A stretch of DNA of 64,000 bases from NCBI GenBank assembly GCA_965226555.1, contig CBDDDG010000022.1:32001-96000 (forward strand), in the 5' to 3' direction. The stretch comes from Salinispira sp. (GTDB lineage Bacteria; Spirochaetota; Spirochaetia; DSM-27196; Salinispiraceae). The notes under the pieces were generated by a model, which saw nothing but the letters and a program-made list of their open reading frames with translations, ran no database searches and had not been told where the DNA came from. Position 1 is the stretch's first letter, and every line of letters begins with the position of its first letter. A program made the position numbers and the translations under genes. This document shows, one piece after another, positions 19,352 to 30,572 of this stretch.

Positions 19352-21325
19352 TCAGACGATTTTCAATATTTTTTCAACGGCTGTTTCAATACTTGTCATT
19401 TCGGTATCAATTATGAGTTCTGCGGAATTATTTTCTTCATACTGTTGATGAATGCCGGTGAAATTTTCAATTTCGCCGGCGAGGGCTTTTTTGTACAGGC
19501 CCTTGGGGTCGCGTTTTTTGGCTTTCTCAATATCAACCTTTATATAAACTTCATTAAATGCGCCTGTTGGAAAAAGTGAGCGGGCAAAATCGCGCATTTT
19601 TCGGATGGGGGAGATGAACGAACAAATAACGATGAACCCTGCCTGATAAAATAGCTGCGCGCTGTGCGCCGCCCGCCGGATGTTTTCATTCCGGTCATCA
19701 ATGCTGAATGTGAGATCGCTGTTCAATCCGTGCCGAAGATTATCGCCATCGAGAATACATACCTGCTTGCCGTCTTCAAAAAGCCGACGTTCAAGTTCTC
19801 TGGCAATTGTCGTTTTTCCGCTCCCGGAAATGCCGGTGAGCCAGAGAATGAGGGGGCGGTGCTTGTTTCGGGCGATGCGGTCGCTGAGAGCAACTGCCGG
19901 CTCCTGCCAGTGAATATCAGGATATTTCGAGGTATTTTCAACCTTCAATGCAGTATCAACAGTATTCCGTGTTTCATGGCGGATAATGCCTGCTGCCACT
20001 GTCCGATTTGAGCTTGTATCGACAAGTATGAATGAGCCGGTTGAACGATTCACCGTATAGGGGTCAAAAAAGAGCGGGTATGCCGTCTCAATTTCGATCC
20101 GTCCTATGTCATTAAGTTTGAGGCTTTGTACATTTTCTCTGTGCAGGGTATTGATATTAATACGGTAATCAAGTTTTTGTATGAGTGCTGAAACTCTGCG
20201 TGTACCGTGCTGAAGAAGGTATTTTTTGCCGACAATGAGCTCGGTATTTTCATCCATCCAGCAGATAATTGCCTCAAAAATAGTGTTTTGTGCCGGGATA
20301 TTTTCTCTGCGCACCAGCATATCGCCGCGTGAAACATCAATCTCATCTTCAAGAACAATAACAACCGATTGCCCATGGAATGCTTCCCGAAGGTTCTCAT
20401 TATATTCGAGTATTTCCTTTACCCGAGACGTCTGCCCCGAGGGCAGGGCAAGAATTTCAGCGCCGACATGAATGGTTCCGCTTTCTACTCTGCCGGAGAA
20501 TCCGCGGAAGTCTTGGTTTGGCCGGATGACATACTGTACCGGCAAGCGGAAATCCTGAAGATTCCTGTCGGCTGCAATTGTGAGATTTTCCAGATATTGA
20601 AGAATGGTTCCCTGTCTGTACCAGCGCATTTTTCGGCTTTTGCGCACAACATTGTCGCCGGTAAGCGCTGAAATGGGGATGAAGTTTATGTCGAGAATGC
20701 TGAGTTTTTCGCTGAAACTGGTGTATTCATCCACAATTTTCTGATACACCTGCTGGGACCAATGAACAAGGTCCATCTTATTTATTGCAACAAGCAAATG
20801 GGGAATACCGAGCAGGGAAGCAATGAACCCATGGCGGCGGCTTTGGGTGAGGACGCCCTTGCGGGCATCTATGAGGATGATTGCGAGGTTTGCGGTTGAT
20901 GCGCCGGTGACCATGTTCCGCGTATACTGCTCATGGCCCGGAGTATCGGCAATAATGAATTTACGCTTTGGGGTTGAAAAGTAGCGGTATGCTACATCAA
21001 TGGTTATGCCCTGTTCCCGTTCTGCCCGAAGTCCATCGGTAAGAAGGGCAAAATCGATTTGATCATCACCCTTGAGTTTACTCGATTGTTCAAGTGCCTC
21101 AAGCTGATCCTGAAAAATTGCCTTTGAATCGTACAGCAGACGGCCGATAAGAGTACTCTTCCCATCATCAACGCTCCCCGCGGTGGTGAAGCGGAGCAGC
21201 TCAAGGTTCAGGTAGTTTTTAATGAGCGTGTTCTGCCGGAGCAGACGCTTTTTCCGTTTCCGTTGGGCTCGCGGGCGCATTTCTCTGAGATGGTTTTCTC
21301 TGGGGTGCTTGTCCGTGTGTTTCAT
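19352..21325 (-). CDS. cysNC: Bifunctional sulfate adenylyltransferase subunit 1 / APS kinase
   Basis: GSVDDGKSTLIGRLL, EREQGITIDVAYRYF, WLTGISGSGKTT, LDGDNLR, RDPKGLY; start uncertain. Confidence 0.92.
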   Translation of the reverse strand: MKHTDKHPRENHLREMRPRAQRKRKKRLLRQNTLIKNYLNLELLRFTTAGSVDDGKSTLIGRLLYDSKAIFQDQLEALEQSSKLKGDDQIDFALLTDGLRAEREQGITIDVAYRYFSTPKRKFIIADTPGHEQYTRNMVTGASTANLAIILIDARKGVLTQSRRHGFIASLLGIPHLLVAINKMDLVHWSQQVYQKIVDEYTSFSEKLSILDINFIPISALTGDNVVRKSRKMRWYRQGTILQYLENLTIAADRNLQDFRLPVQYVIRPNQDFRGFSGRVESGTIHVGAEILALPSGQTSRVKEILEYNENLREAFHGQSVVIVLEDEIDVSRGDMLVRRENIPAQNTIFEAIICWMDENTELIVGKKYLLQHGTRRVSALIQKLDYRININTLHRENVQSLKLNDIGRIEIETAYPLFFDPYTVNRSTGSFILVDTSSNRTVAAGIIRHETRNTVDTALKVENTSKYPDIHWQEPAVALSDRIARNKHRPLILWLTGISGSGKTTIARELERRLFEDGKQVCILDGDNLRHGLNSDLTFSIDDRNENIRRAAHSAQLFYQAGFIVICSFISPIRKMRDFARSLFPTGAFNEVYIKVDIEKAKKRDPKGLYKKALAGEIENFTGIHQQYEENNSAELIIDTEMTSIETAVEKILKIV

Positions 21326-21328
21326 CGC

Positions 21329-22666
21329 TTATCCTCTTGTGTTTCGATGAAAATCTGCGGCGGATTCCTCTCTGAGGGGTGATCGCGCTGCCTGCTGAGC
21401 GGGCGCGATGTTCGGGGCATGCTTCAAAAGATAGTCCTCAGCTTCCCCTGACCACATATCATTGTTTTGCCGGGTAATACGATGCAGTTCGGCAAAGAGG
21501 GGATCGCTCTGACCCTTTTTCTCAAAATCGATGAGGGCGGTGAGCGCCAGTTTTTTGTGAGTGTATATGAGCTTTTTTCCGCCCGGGATCTTCGGGAGGT
21601 TGAGAGTGGTTTCAACAACGGCATTAAGTCCGCCAATGTGAGTTATGAGGGCCTGGGGCTGAATGCGTCCTTCCTCCATGAGCTTAAGCGCAATGCGCAT
21701 ATCTTCGGTGTTTCCACCGCTTGTTCCGACATAATGATGAAAGGAATAATGCATATGATAGAAGTTTATGGAGGCTGAGAAATTCTTGTTGCTCGGTCCT
21801 GCGAAGAAATTCATGCAGCCGTCTTTTGCAAGGAGCATATCAGCATATTCAACGAGGCTGCTCACCGGTGCCATTACGAAGATATCATCAAAACCATCTT
21901 CACCGCTAAACTGTTTCAGGAAACTCAGTGGATCATCGGTATCTGCCGTATTAACATAATGGAGTTCAATACCGTTTTTTTGCGCGCTCTCAACGGAGTG
22001 TATGCGGGCTGCGCGAGAGAGCCGGGCGCCGTCAATGTCGCTAATGATGAGGAGGGCGGGGCGGCGGTCGCCGTTCAGGGCAAGATCAATGCAGCCGAGA
22101 CCCATTGGCCCTGCGCCTGCGATAATGAGCATCTTTCCACCCTCGCGTATTCCCATAATGTGCTCATAGCTGCCCTGGGGAACATGGTAATTTGCGCGGA
22201 AGGCGCCGACAATACAGGACATGGGTTCAGAAAGACTCCCCATGAAAAATGATTCTCCGCGGTATTCTAGGAGACAGTCCATTTCCATTACCTCGTTCGG
22301 AATGATAATGAAGGTTGCATCGCCGCCGATATACTGGTAGGAATAGCCCGGCGCATCAAGCGATCCCTTATGGTTCAGGGCGGGTTGAATGGAAAAGCGC
22401 GAACCTGCTGTGTATTTTTTATGCCATTTTTTTCCGACTTCAATAATTTCACCGCAGAATTCATGACCAATGATAATTGGTTTTTCGGCTGCGTTATCGG
22501 GAACGCGCTTATGATCGCTTCCCTGGTTCGCTGCCTTATAAGAACTCATACAGATACTGTCGGATACAACCCGCGCAAGAATCTCATTGTCTTTAAGCGG
22601 CGGTAGTTCGAATTCTTCAAGACGGATATCATTTTTTCCGTATAATCTGACAGCCATTGTTTTCAT
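21329..22666 (-). CDS. Zinc-binding dehydrogenase, L-sorbose-1-phosphate reductase-like
   Basis: DSICMS, GHEFCG, IQPAL, SEPMSC, GAGPMG. Confidence 0.8.
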   Translation of the reverse strand: MKTMAVRLYGKNDIRLEEFELPPLKDNEILARVVSDSICMSSYKAANQGSDHKRVPDNAAEKPIIIGHEFCGEIIEVGKKWHKKYTAGSRFSIQPALNHKGSLDAPGYSYQYIGGDATFIIIPNEVMEMDCLLEYRGESFFMGSLSEPMSCIVGAFRANYHVPQGSYEHIMGIREGGKMLIIAGAGPMGLGCIDLALNGDRRPALLIISDIDGARLSRAARIHSVESAQKNGIELHYVNTADTDDPLSFLKQFSGEDGFDDIFVMAPVSSLVEYADMLLAKDGCMNFFAGPSNKNFSASINFYHMHYSFHHYVGTSGGNTEDMRIALKLMEEGRIQPQALITHIGGLNAVVETTLNLPKIPGGKKLIYTHKKLALTALIDFEKKGQSDPLFAELHRITRQNNDMWSGEAEDYLLKHAPNIAPAQQAARSPLREESAADFHRNTRG

Positions 22667-22688
22667 ATGTTCTCCTAGAAATGTTGTC

Positions 22689-23819
22689 CTAATTCATCAT
22701 AAACTGGCCGCCGGTCACCGGTATGGCCTGTCCTGTCTCATATTTTTGTTCAACTGCATAATACATTGCCCGGGCGACATCAATGCCTCGGCAGCCCCTG
22801 TTCATAGGTATTTTTGCTTCATAAAATTTCCGTACATCATTGGTGTCCAGAGCCCCGGAAACCTTACCCTCTTTCAGATATTTTTTGAACAGACCCTTTT
22901 CAGGGTCAGACCACATGGGGCCATCGAAAAAATTACCCGGACAAATTGCGTTCACCTTTATATTGTCGTTTATCAGTTCCAGCGCAAAGCTTTGGGTGAG
23001 ACCGATTCCGCCGAATTTACTTCCGGCATAGGCGCCGTTTCTGTTTGAACCCGTAAGACCGCTCTTTGAGTTAATCTGGATAATATCGGTAAAGTAATCT
23101 CCCTTGGCGCGGTTCTGAAGGGCCATAATGGGAGAAAAATGCTTTACCATAAGAAAATAGGCGGTATAGTTGATATTGGTAACAAAATCAAAATCATCTC
23201 TGCTGAGTGTCGTGACACTTCCTACCCGTATAACTCCGGCATTATTTACAAGAAGGTCAAGTCCGCCGCTTTCCCGTGTAACATACTCTGCCGCTTCTCG
23301 AACAGATTCCTCATCCGCAACATCTACTTCAACGGCGCGTGACGATATACCTTCCTCATTCAGTTCCTTTTCCAGAAGCCGTGCCTTTGTAAAATTGATG
23401 TCGGCAATGTAGGTAAAGGCTCCTTCGGAATGCAGATGCCGGACAAGTTCCTCTCCGAAGCCCTGGGCGCCGCCGGTAATCAGACATACCCGCCCCTTCA
23501 TGCGGCCCGTTCCATGCCCTGCTTTATGCTCTGCTCCCTGATTCCTTTCCGGGTCTGAACCTTCCCGACTCATCCGGAGTGCCTCTTCGTAGGTTTCTGC
23601 GATATAAAAGGTACCGAGCCCGCTTATATGCAATATAGTTGGGAAAGAGAAATCTCCAGAAAAATTATCGGAAAAATCATCAGAGGAAATATCAATTGAA
23701 GAGATACGCCGCGCGCGTCTATCCTGCGCATTCAAAGAAAAGCGGACGAAGGGTCCAACATCGCTATTTTTCCTGCGAAAAAATCCTCTGAGAAGAGGTG
23801 AAATACTTGTCCAGTTCAT
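22689..23819 (-). CDS. SDR, sorbitol-6-phosphate 2-dehydrogenase (SrlD)-like, with N-terminal extension
   Basis: TGGAQGFG, QINSKSG, YAGSKFGGIGLTQSFALEL, TGQAIPVTGG. Confidence 0.8.
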   Translation of the reverse strand: MNWTSISPLLRGFFRRKNSDVGPFVRFSLNAQDRRARRISSIDISSDDFSDNFSGDFSFPTILHISGLGTFYIAETYEEALRMSREGSDPERNQGAEHKAGHGTGRMKGRVCLITGGAQGFGEELVRHLHSEGAFTYIADINFTKARLLEKELNEEGISSRAVEVDVADEESVREAAEYVTRESGGLDLLVNNAGVIRVGSVTTLSRDDFDFVTNINYTAYFLMVKHFSPIMALQNRAKGDYFTDIIQINSKSGLTGSNRNGAYAGSKFGGIGLTQSFALELINDNIKVNAICPGNFFDGPMWSDPEKGLFKKYLKEGKVSGALDTNDVRKFYEAKIPMNRGCRGIDVARAMYYAVEQKYETGQAIPVTGGQFMMN

Positions 23820-23838
23820 GTACTGACTCCTTGAAACT

Positions 23839-25203
23839 TTATCCTTGGATATATGTGTGGATAGTATGTTCTGCCTGTGAAAGATCAGGTTTCCGCCGAT
23901 CCATATCCCGTCCGATACGGGAAAAGAGATTCAGACGTTCGGTTACATCAGGTATGTTCCTCATAATGAAGGGGCAGAAAAAACCCAGTTCCGTATTATA
24001 ATTATATAGTTTTTCGTGGGCAATTAATGCCCAGGTCGTCGTATTGAGATGTTCAAATTCGGGAGACAGGAGCTCAGGGCAACGAAAGGACTGCCTGCTT
24101 GAATTAACATCGACACCGCTTATCTGCAAAAGATTATATTCCCCGCAAAGTTCCATAATTCTCATAAGCTGTTTTTTACTGTTTCTGGGAGGCATGAAGG
24201 TGAGTGCCTGAAAACCCCAGACATGAAGCTGCTCAAAAAGTTCGGTAAGAAAGGAGTCTTCAAAGCGCGCCGCCGGTTTATCGCCGGTTGGAGAATGCGT
24301 AATATCACCAAGATACGCGTAGGCGGGAATTGCCCCAATGGATCGGGCGAAGGTAACGGCGCGGGCTGCCCCTATACATTCACTTTCATCCGGTTGAATG
24401 TAGAAGAGGGGAAGAAGGGAGTGTTTCAACACCGCGATGAGATCGTAGAAACAATGCGGATTTTCTTCATTTTCCAGATATGCTCGCATTGATGCATCAA
24501 TGGAGATGGAAAATTCCTCTTCAAGTAGTGCTGTCAGGCGCTGCCGGTTGGGAAAAATTGCCATGAGCTTGCGGGCGAGGGCTGCCAGAATATGACGTTC
24601 TGTTATCGACCCGCCGCGGGCAGCCTGAGAGCAGGCATAGACATCGTTCTGGAAATTCAGAGAAAGATTGTTGCGGCGGGGAAAACGTTTTCGGATAATT
24701 GTGTTGAGCTTTTCAAGCTGTCTGCGATTGCGCGTATTTCGCGCGCGGTGAATTGGAGCAAGAAACTGCTGCACGGTATGGTAATTTCGCTCGGCAATGC
24801 CGTGCAGGGCCATGTAGAAAATTCCGGGTGAATCCGGGTTGTTTATCAGACGGTTTTCCATGAAGGTACCGCGGGCATTAACACGGAGTTCTCCCCCGCA
24901 TGTTGACGCAATACCGAGAATGCGGCATGCCTCTCTCAGTTCAGCGGCTCCGGCATAGCTGTCGTGATCCATGATGCCGACAGCCTGTAACCCGGACCTC
25001 CATGCCATTACCGCAAGCTGACTGGGACTGTAGGGACTGAAGGAGTAGGTACTGTGGACATGATTGTTCACGTCCGGTTTTTTTTCCGGAAGCTGTCCAT
25101 GTCGGCAGGCATCTTCAAAGATCTGCCGAACAGAGGCAAGCCCTTCTTCACTGTCTGGGCTCGGGGAGCAGGATGGGATGGTATCATATGTGGATGTTTT
25201 CAG
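23839..25203 (-). CDS. PHP domain protein; probable CTG start overlapping the upstream TGA
   Basis: [18 protein letters not shown]; frame is open 44 codons upstream of track GTG 25071; GGAGGGG precedes CTG. Confidence 0.75.
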   Translation of the reverse strand: MKTSTYDTIPSCSPSPDSEEGLASVRQIFEDACRHGQLPEKKPDVNNHVHSTYSFSPYSPSQLAVMAWRSGLQAVGIMDHDSYAGAAELREACRILGIASTCGGELRVNARGTFMENRLINNPDSPGIFYMALHGIAERNYHTVQQFLAPIHRARNTRNRRQLEKLNTIIRKRFPRRNNLSLNFQNDVYACSQAARGGSITERHILAALARKLMAIFPNRQRLTALLEEEFSISIDASMRAYLENEENPHCFYDLIAVLKHSLLPLFYIQPDESECIGAARAVTFARSIGAIPAYAYLGDITHSPTGDKPAARFEDSFLTELFEQLHVWGFQALTFMPPRNSKKQLMRIMELCGEYNLLQISGVDVNSSRQSFRCPELLSPEFEHLNTTTWALIAHEKLYNYNTELGFFCPFIMRNIPDVTERLNLFSRIGRDMDRRKPDLSQAEHTIHTYIQG

Positions 25204-27650
25204 ATGCCCCTCCGGCTTTGCCGTCGGATTTCACCTGTTGTCTGAACTGTGCGCGCATGATAACCCGGCAAAGGACGTATTTTTTCATGAATGCTGTCAA
25301 GAATCCACTCTTCCTGGGGAAAGTAATCCTCCTCCATTTCGGCTGCCGGTGTTATCCAGTTCCGGGAAGCAACAATGACCGGAGGAGCATCAAGATAGTC
25401 GAAGGCTGTCTGGGTAATGTTTGCCGCAACATTGTGCATGAAACTTCCCCTCTCAACGGCATCGGTAACCAGAAGAAGGCGGCCGGTCTTTTTGACCGAT
25501 TCAATAATGGGGTCAAGATTCAGAGGGGTTATGAAGCGGAGATCGATGAGTTCCGCTTCCATCTGGTATGTGCCGCTGAGTGTCCGGCAGACTTCCCATG
25601 CCGTGTAGAGGGAGGGGCCGAGGGTCACAATACTGATGTCGCTGCCTGTTCGGCGGATTGCCGGTTCACCCTCGGGGGTTTCATAATATCCGAGGGGCAC
25701 CCCGCTTTTTTCAAAAAATTCTCCAATACCGTATAGTTTTTGGCTTTCAAAGAAAATAACGGGATCGGTGCCGCTGAGGGCAAGGTTCAGCATGCCTTTT
25801 GCATCTGTTGGTGTTGCGGGGTAGTACACTTTGAGGCCGGGAATGTGGGCGGCAATACTCGTCCAGTCCTGGGAGTGCTGGGCTCCGTACTTATTGCCAA
25901 CCGATACCCGAACGGTGAGGGGCATTCTGAGCACCCCCGCGCTCATGGCCTGCCATTTCGCGGCCTGATTAAAAATTTCATCACCTGCCCGACCCATGAA
26001 ATCGCAGTACATGAGTTCAACAACGGCCCGTCCGCCTGAAAGAGCATAGCCCACACCTGTTCCGACAATAGCAGCTTCAGAGATGGAGCTATTGAACAAT
26101 CGGTGATAGGGGAGGCATTCGGTAAGTCCGCGATATACCGCGAAGGCTCCGCCCCAATCTCGGTTTTCTTCACCCCAGGCGGCCATGCTGGGATCCTCAT
26201 AAAAGCGGTGCAGCATTGCTTCAAAGAGCCCGTCGCGGTACGCATAGACCTTGTTTGCGCTCATCGCGCTGCCGTCCTTGTTGCGTCCGTAACGATTTTT
26301 CCGCGCTATCTGCTTGACGCGCGGGTTTTCATCCATTGGTATGAGTACTTCGCTCTTCCGTTCATCGAAGGCCTGTACCGTTTCATTGGAAAACATAACA
26401 TCTTCAATGATAGCGGCATGAACATAGGGGGAAAGCTCAGTATCCACAGCATATGTGAGAGCATTCATAATTTTTTCTTCTGCCCGCTTCCGTAACGTTT
26501 CCAGTTCCCCGTCTGAGGCTGCCCCCATTTCCCTGAGATATCTGCCGTAGGACTCTATGGCATCGGCATTCTGCCAGTCTTCAATTTCTTCCTTTGTCCG
26601 ATAGCTTGAAGCATCTGAGGGGCTGTGTCCGCTGATCCGGTAGGTGATGGTATCCATGAGAACTGGTCCATGCCCCTTTTCAAGAACAGCCCGCTTACGG
26701 GTAACGGCATCGGCGACTGCCAGAGGGTTGTACCCATCCACACGTTCCGCATGAAGGTTGTCCTCATTTACTCCTGCGCCTACACGGGCAAGCATGTCCC
26801 AGGGCATGGTTTCTCCCTCAGTCTGTCCGCCCATTCCGTAGAAATTATTGAAGAAATTAAAGATGATAGGCGGATTTCCGCCGGTATTCCAGAGCTGACG
26901 GTACTGTTTCATGGAACTTATGATGATGGCTTCCCATACCGGCCCGCATCCCATGGAAGCATCACCGATGTTGGCGATAACAATGCCCTTTCTGCGGTTT
27001 ATGCGCTTGAAGAGGGCGGAGCCGGCGGCGATATCGGCGCTGCCTCCGACAATGGCGTTGTTGGGCATGGAGCCGAGGGGTGTGAAGAAGGTGTGCATGG
27101 AACCGCCGAGTCCGCGATTAAAACCGGTGTTTCGCGCAAAAATTTCAGCATAGGTCCCGTAAATTATGAAGTTTTCAATAAGATCCTTCACCGATTCATG
27201 AGCAATTTTTTCAGCAACGGCGAGGGTGTCGCCTCCGAGAAATTCCTTCATAATTTTTTCAAGCTTTTTCTCGTCAAGTTTGTCTGCTGCCGAAAGACAT
27301 TTTGCAAGAATTTCACCATGACTTCTGTGCGATCCGAAAATAAAATCATCCGCATCCAGTACTAGGCTCTGTCCCACGGCGGCTGCTTCCTGACCAATGG
27401 AAAGGTGGGCAGGCCCCCGATGATTGTATTCAAACCCCTTATATGAACCGGTTTTTTTTATCATGTCTATGGCGGTTTCAAATTCCCTGATGATGAGCAT
27501 ATGATAATACATTTTTTGCAGACGGTCGTTTCCGTAGAGTTTTTGTTCCGATGAAAAATCGGGTTTGTAACGATTAACCGGAATGTTTGGTATTCGTATA
27601 TACCCCGATTTTCTTACCGTTTTCGGATCAATGCGCATATTTTTGGGCAT
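25200..27650 (-). CDS. Fused E1 alpha/beta ThDP-dependent 2-oxoacid/acetoin dehydrogenase
   Basis: HLSIGQE, GGSMH, GDA...NN ThDP motif, [20 protein letters not shown]. Confidence 0.9.
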   Translation of the reverse strand: MPKNMRIDPKTVRKSGYIRIPNIPVNRYKPDFSSEQKLYGNDRLQKMYYHMLIIREFETAIDMIKKTGSYKGFEYNHRGPAHLSIGQEAAAVGQSLVLDADDFIFGSHRSHGEILAKCLSAADKLDEKKLEKIMKEFLGGDTLAVAEKIAHESVKDLIENFIIYGTYAEIFARNTGFNRGLGGSMHTFFTPLGSMPNNAIVGGSADIAAGSALFKRINRRKGIVIANIGDASMGCGPVWEAIIISSMKQYRQLWNTGGNPPIIFNFFNNFYGMGGQTEGETMPWDMLARVGAGVNEDNLHAERVDGYNPLAVADAVTRKRAVLEKGHGPVLMDTITYRISGHSPSDASSYRTKEEIEDWQNADAIESYGRYLREMGAASDGELETLRKRAEEKIMNALTYAVDTELSPYVHAAIIEDVMFSNETVQAFDERKSEVLIPMDENPRVKQIARKNRYGRNKDGSAMSANKVYAYRDGLFEAMLHRFYEDPSMAAWGEENRDWGGAFAVYRGLTECLPYHRLFNSSISEAAIVGTGVGYALSGGRAVVELMYCDFMGRAGDEIFNQAAKWQAMSAGVLRMPLTVRVSVGNKYGAQHSQDWTSIAAHIPGLKVYYPATPTDAKGMLNLALSGTDPVIFFESQKLYGIGEFFEKSGVPLGYYETPEGEPAIRRTGSDISIVTLGPSLYTAWEVCRTLSGTYQMEAELIDLRFITPLNLDPIIESVKKTGRLLLVTDAVERGSFMHNVAANITQTAFDYLDAPPVIVASRNWITPAAEMEEDYFPQEEWILDSIHEKIRPLPGYHARTVQTTGEIRRQSRRGI

Positions 27651-27684
27651 GAAATCTCCTTTTTATAAACTTATTGAGAAAGTT

Positions 27685-29121
27685 TCATAGTCGGAACAGG
27701 GCTTCCCGCAGTGCTTCCGAAACAGTTGGATGCGGAAATACAATATCTTTCAGTTCCCTGACACGAAGTTCATTCTCAATGATGATGGATGCCGCAAAGA
27801 TGTTCTCTGTCGCATAACTGCCCATGAGGTGGATGCCGAGAATTTTTTCGGAACATTCATCAACAATAATTTTCGCCTGTCCCTCACTGCCTTCGGCAAG
27901 GGCTCTGCCGTTTGCCCGGTAATCATAGCGGGCAATACGTATCTTGCGGCCCTGCTTCAGAGCTTCCTGCTCACTGAGTCCGCAGCCTGCGGCCTCAGGC
28001 ATGGTGTAGACTGCCCAGGGAATTGCTCCGTAGCGCATCCTGTCCTTATGCCCGAGTATGCTGTTCACCGCTACTTCTGCCATACGCGATGCAGCATGAG
28101 CGAGGAGACTCCGTCCGGTAACATCGCCGATGGCATACACGCCCGGAACATTGGTTTGCATCTGCTCATTGACGATAATGCCGTTTTTGTCTGTATCAAT
28201 CCGCGCTGCCTCAAGTCCGATATTTTGGATGTTTGCTCTGCGTCCTGTAGCAAGAATGACCATATCCACATTATCGATGCTCTGTTTGGCAGTGCTGCCG
28301 GTATTTTGTCCATTTTGTTCAGATTTTTCAGATTTTTTGTTCAGATGTGAGTACCACAGACGCCCGCCTTCAATGTTTTCAACACGGGTCTGCAAATGAA
28401 ACCTCACCTGCGGCATGGCCTTCCGCAGAAGTCCTGCCATTTCCCTATCCATCACGGGCGCAATTTCATCAAGAACCTCAAAAATTTCGACATCCTTTCC
28501 CAATCCTGAAAAGAATGAAGCAAACTCCAGTCCGATAACCCCGCCGCCAATTATGGCGACGCGTTTCGGCAGCGTATCAATGGTAATGACGCCGCGGTTT
28601 GTAAGAACATGATCCTGCTCGACACCCGGAATGGGTGGAATTACGGCTGAGGAACCGCTCGCAATAATAACATTCCGCGCCTGAAAGGAGGTGTTATTCA
28701 CCTGTACCGTATGAGCATTCCTCAGAATGGCTTCTCCATACAGAACCTGTACCGTATGTTTTTTCATGAGCGAGATAATGCCCTGCTGAAGGTGCGTAAT
28801 GGTTTTTTCCTTCCACTTCATGGCAGCTGCAAGGTCGAAGCGGACATTATCGGCAATTGTTCCAAAATTCCCGCTATTGAGAGCGTGATGATAGGTTTTT
28901 GCTGCATTCAAAAGGCTCTTCGTTGGTATACAGCCCCAGTTAAGGCAGACGCCTCCAATGTTCTCCTTTTCTATGAGAAGAACACGCTGACCTGCTCCCG
29001 CAGCGCGTTCTGCGGCTACGTAGCCCCCCGGGCCTGATCCGATGATAATAAGATCGAAGGTCTGCGAAGAAGGTTCCGATACATTCTGCGAAGAAGCGTG
29101 TAATTTCATGGCGCTTTCCAT
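27685..29121 (-). CDS. lpdA: Dihydrolipoyl dehydrogenase (E3)
   Basis: GSGPGG, GGVCLNWGCIPTK, HPTVSE. Confidence 0.93.
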   Translation of the reverse strand: MESAMKLHASSQNVSEPSSQTFDLIIIGSGPGGYVAAERAAGAGQRVLLIEKENIGGVCLNWGCIPTKSLLNAAKTYHHALNSGNFGTIADNVRFDLAAAMKWKEKTITHLQQGIISLMKKHTVQVLYGEAILRNAHTVQVNNTSFQARNVIIASGSSAVIPPIPGVEQDHVLTNRGVITIDTLPKRVAIIGGGVIGLEFASFFSGLGKDVEIFEVLDEIAPVMDREMAGLLRKAMPQVRFHLQTRVENIEGGRLWYSHLNKKSEKSEQNGQNTGSTAKQSIDNVDMVILATGRRANIQNIGLEAARIDTDKNGIIVNEQMQTNVPGVYAIGDVTGRSLLAHAASRMAEVAVNSILGHKDRMRYGAIPWAVYTMPEAAGCGLSEQEALKQGRKIRIARYDYRANGRALAEGSEGQAKIIVDECSEKILGIHLMGSYATENIFAASIIIENELRVRELKDIVFPHPTVSEALREALFRL

Positions 29122-29142
29122 TTTCTCCGTTCTCCCATATTT

Positions 29143-30507
29143 CTACATGGCTGCCGGTAATTCAAAACGGGCGAGCATTTTTGAAAAATCACTGAGAAAG
29201 CGGGCTGCGGGCGCTCCATCGACTACCTGATGATCAATGGTCATTGAAATTCCCATATGAGGTTCAAAAACAGTAGTATCATTTTTCTGTATGGCCTTCA
29301 TGCCGATACTGCACAATCCGATAATAGCAACCTGCGGCGGATTAATGACCGGCGTAAAACGCTCAATGCCCCAGGCTCCAAGGTTTGAAACAGTACATGT
29401 TGCTCCGGTAAGGAGATCGGGCTGAATGCTGCCGTTTTGGCAGGCCTGCGCGAGTTCCTTGATTTCGGCAGATATCTGTTTGAGCGATTTTCTGTCGGCA
29501 TTTCTCAGTACCGGTACCATGAGCCCCCGAGGTGTATCAACAGCAAAGGCAAGATGAACATTTTGGTATTGATACATTTTTCCATCCCGAAATTCAGCGT
29601 TTAGCTGGGGGTAGTTTTTCAGCGTACGGCTCAGGGCAAAGATGGCCATATCGCCAATGTTTATTCCCCTGAGTTCCAGCGCTTCGTTACTCTCTTTGTA
29701 GATTTTCCGCCATTTCAATAGAGAAGATGCCGGAGCCGAAGTATGCAGGGTATACTGTGCCGTGCTGTGAAGGCTTTCCATCATTCTCCGGGCAATAACC
29801 TTCCGCATGCCGCGCAATTCACCTTCATCAACAGCGCCTTCCTCACCGATGGCAGTCTGCATACCTGCCCCGGAGATTACCCGGGCAGTGTCTGCCTGTT
29901 CAGCGGCGAGGCGATGTTCAGCGGCGAGGCGATCCCGCGCCGCCGGGCTGAGTGTTCCGCGCTCCTCAGCAAAGCGAAGAACATCATCTTCGAGAATCCG
30001 CCCCCCCGGCCCGCTTCCCCTCATCTGTGAAAGATCAACCGCGCCGGTCTCGGCAGATTTGCGCGCCCGCGGACTTGCCGCGTGCCGCTGCCCGGCTTCC
30101 TCCGGAGCATGCTGCCCGACTTCCGTCATGGATATTCCCGCAGATGGCTGCGCGGGCGCAGATGATTGAGCGGACGCTGATGATTGCGCGGGCGCCGGTT
30201 CTTCAGCCAGTGATTCGAGTGATTCTGCGGAACTCCCTGCCGAAGATAGCAATTCACTAATATCCTCACCTGTCTCTCCGAGAATGGCTATGGGCTGCAT
30301 AACCGGCGCATCGTCTCCCTCTTCATACAAGAGGGCGAGAACTGTTCCCGATTCCTCACTGTCAACCTCAACCGTTGCCTTGTCGGTTTCAACAGAGCAC
30401 AGCACATCGCCGCTCGCAACAGTGTCGCCGACTTTGACCCGCCATTCCAGTATGAGACAACTTTCAACTGTATTGCCCTGTTTGGGCATGAGTATTGTGG
30501 AAGCCAT
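29143..30507 (-). CDS. Dihydrolipoamide acyltransferase (E2)
   Basis: ETDKA lipoyl site, GSGPGGRI, DHQVVDG. Confidence 0.92.
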   Translation of the reverse strand: MASTILMPKQGNTVESCLILEWRVKVGDTVASGDVLCSVETDKATVEVDSEESGTVLALLYEEGDDAPVMQPIAILGETGEDISELLSSAGSSAESLESLAEEPAPAQSSASAQSSAPAQPSAGISMTEVGQHAPEEAGQRHAASPRARKSAETGAVDLSQMRGSGPGGRILEDDVLRFAEERGTLSPAARDRLAAEHRLAAEQADTARVISGAGMQTAIGEEGAVDEGELRGMRKVIARRMMESLHSTAQYTLHTSAPASSLLKWRKIYKESNEALELRGINIGDMAIFALSRTLKNYPQLNAEFRDGKMYQYQNVHLAFAVDTPRGLMVPVLRNADRKSLKQISAEIKELAQACQNGSIQPDLLTGATCTVSNLGAWGIERFTPVINPPQVAIIGLCSIGMKAIQKNDTTVFEPHMGISMTIDHQVVDGAPAARFLSDFSKMLARFELPAAM

Positions 30508-30520
30508 AATTTATTCTTAT

Positions 30521-30572
30521 TAGAAACTTTTGCATTGGAAAATTGCGCTTGCGCAATTTCCAGTAGCAAAAA
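30521..30572. repeat. Palindromic repeat family A copy
   Basis: TAGAAACTTTTGCATTGGAAAATTGCGCTTGCGCAATTTCCAGTAGCAAAA. Confidence 0.9.

Noticed and set aside
25060..25190. Frameshift in the PHP gene at the A/T run near 25078-25085
   Set aside because: The PHP frame reads through this run without a stop; a CTG start explains the N-terminus more simply
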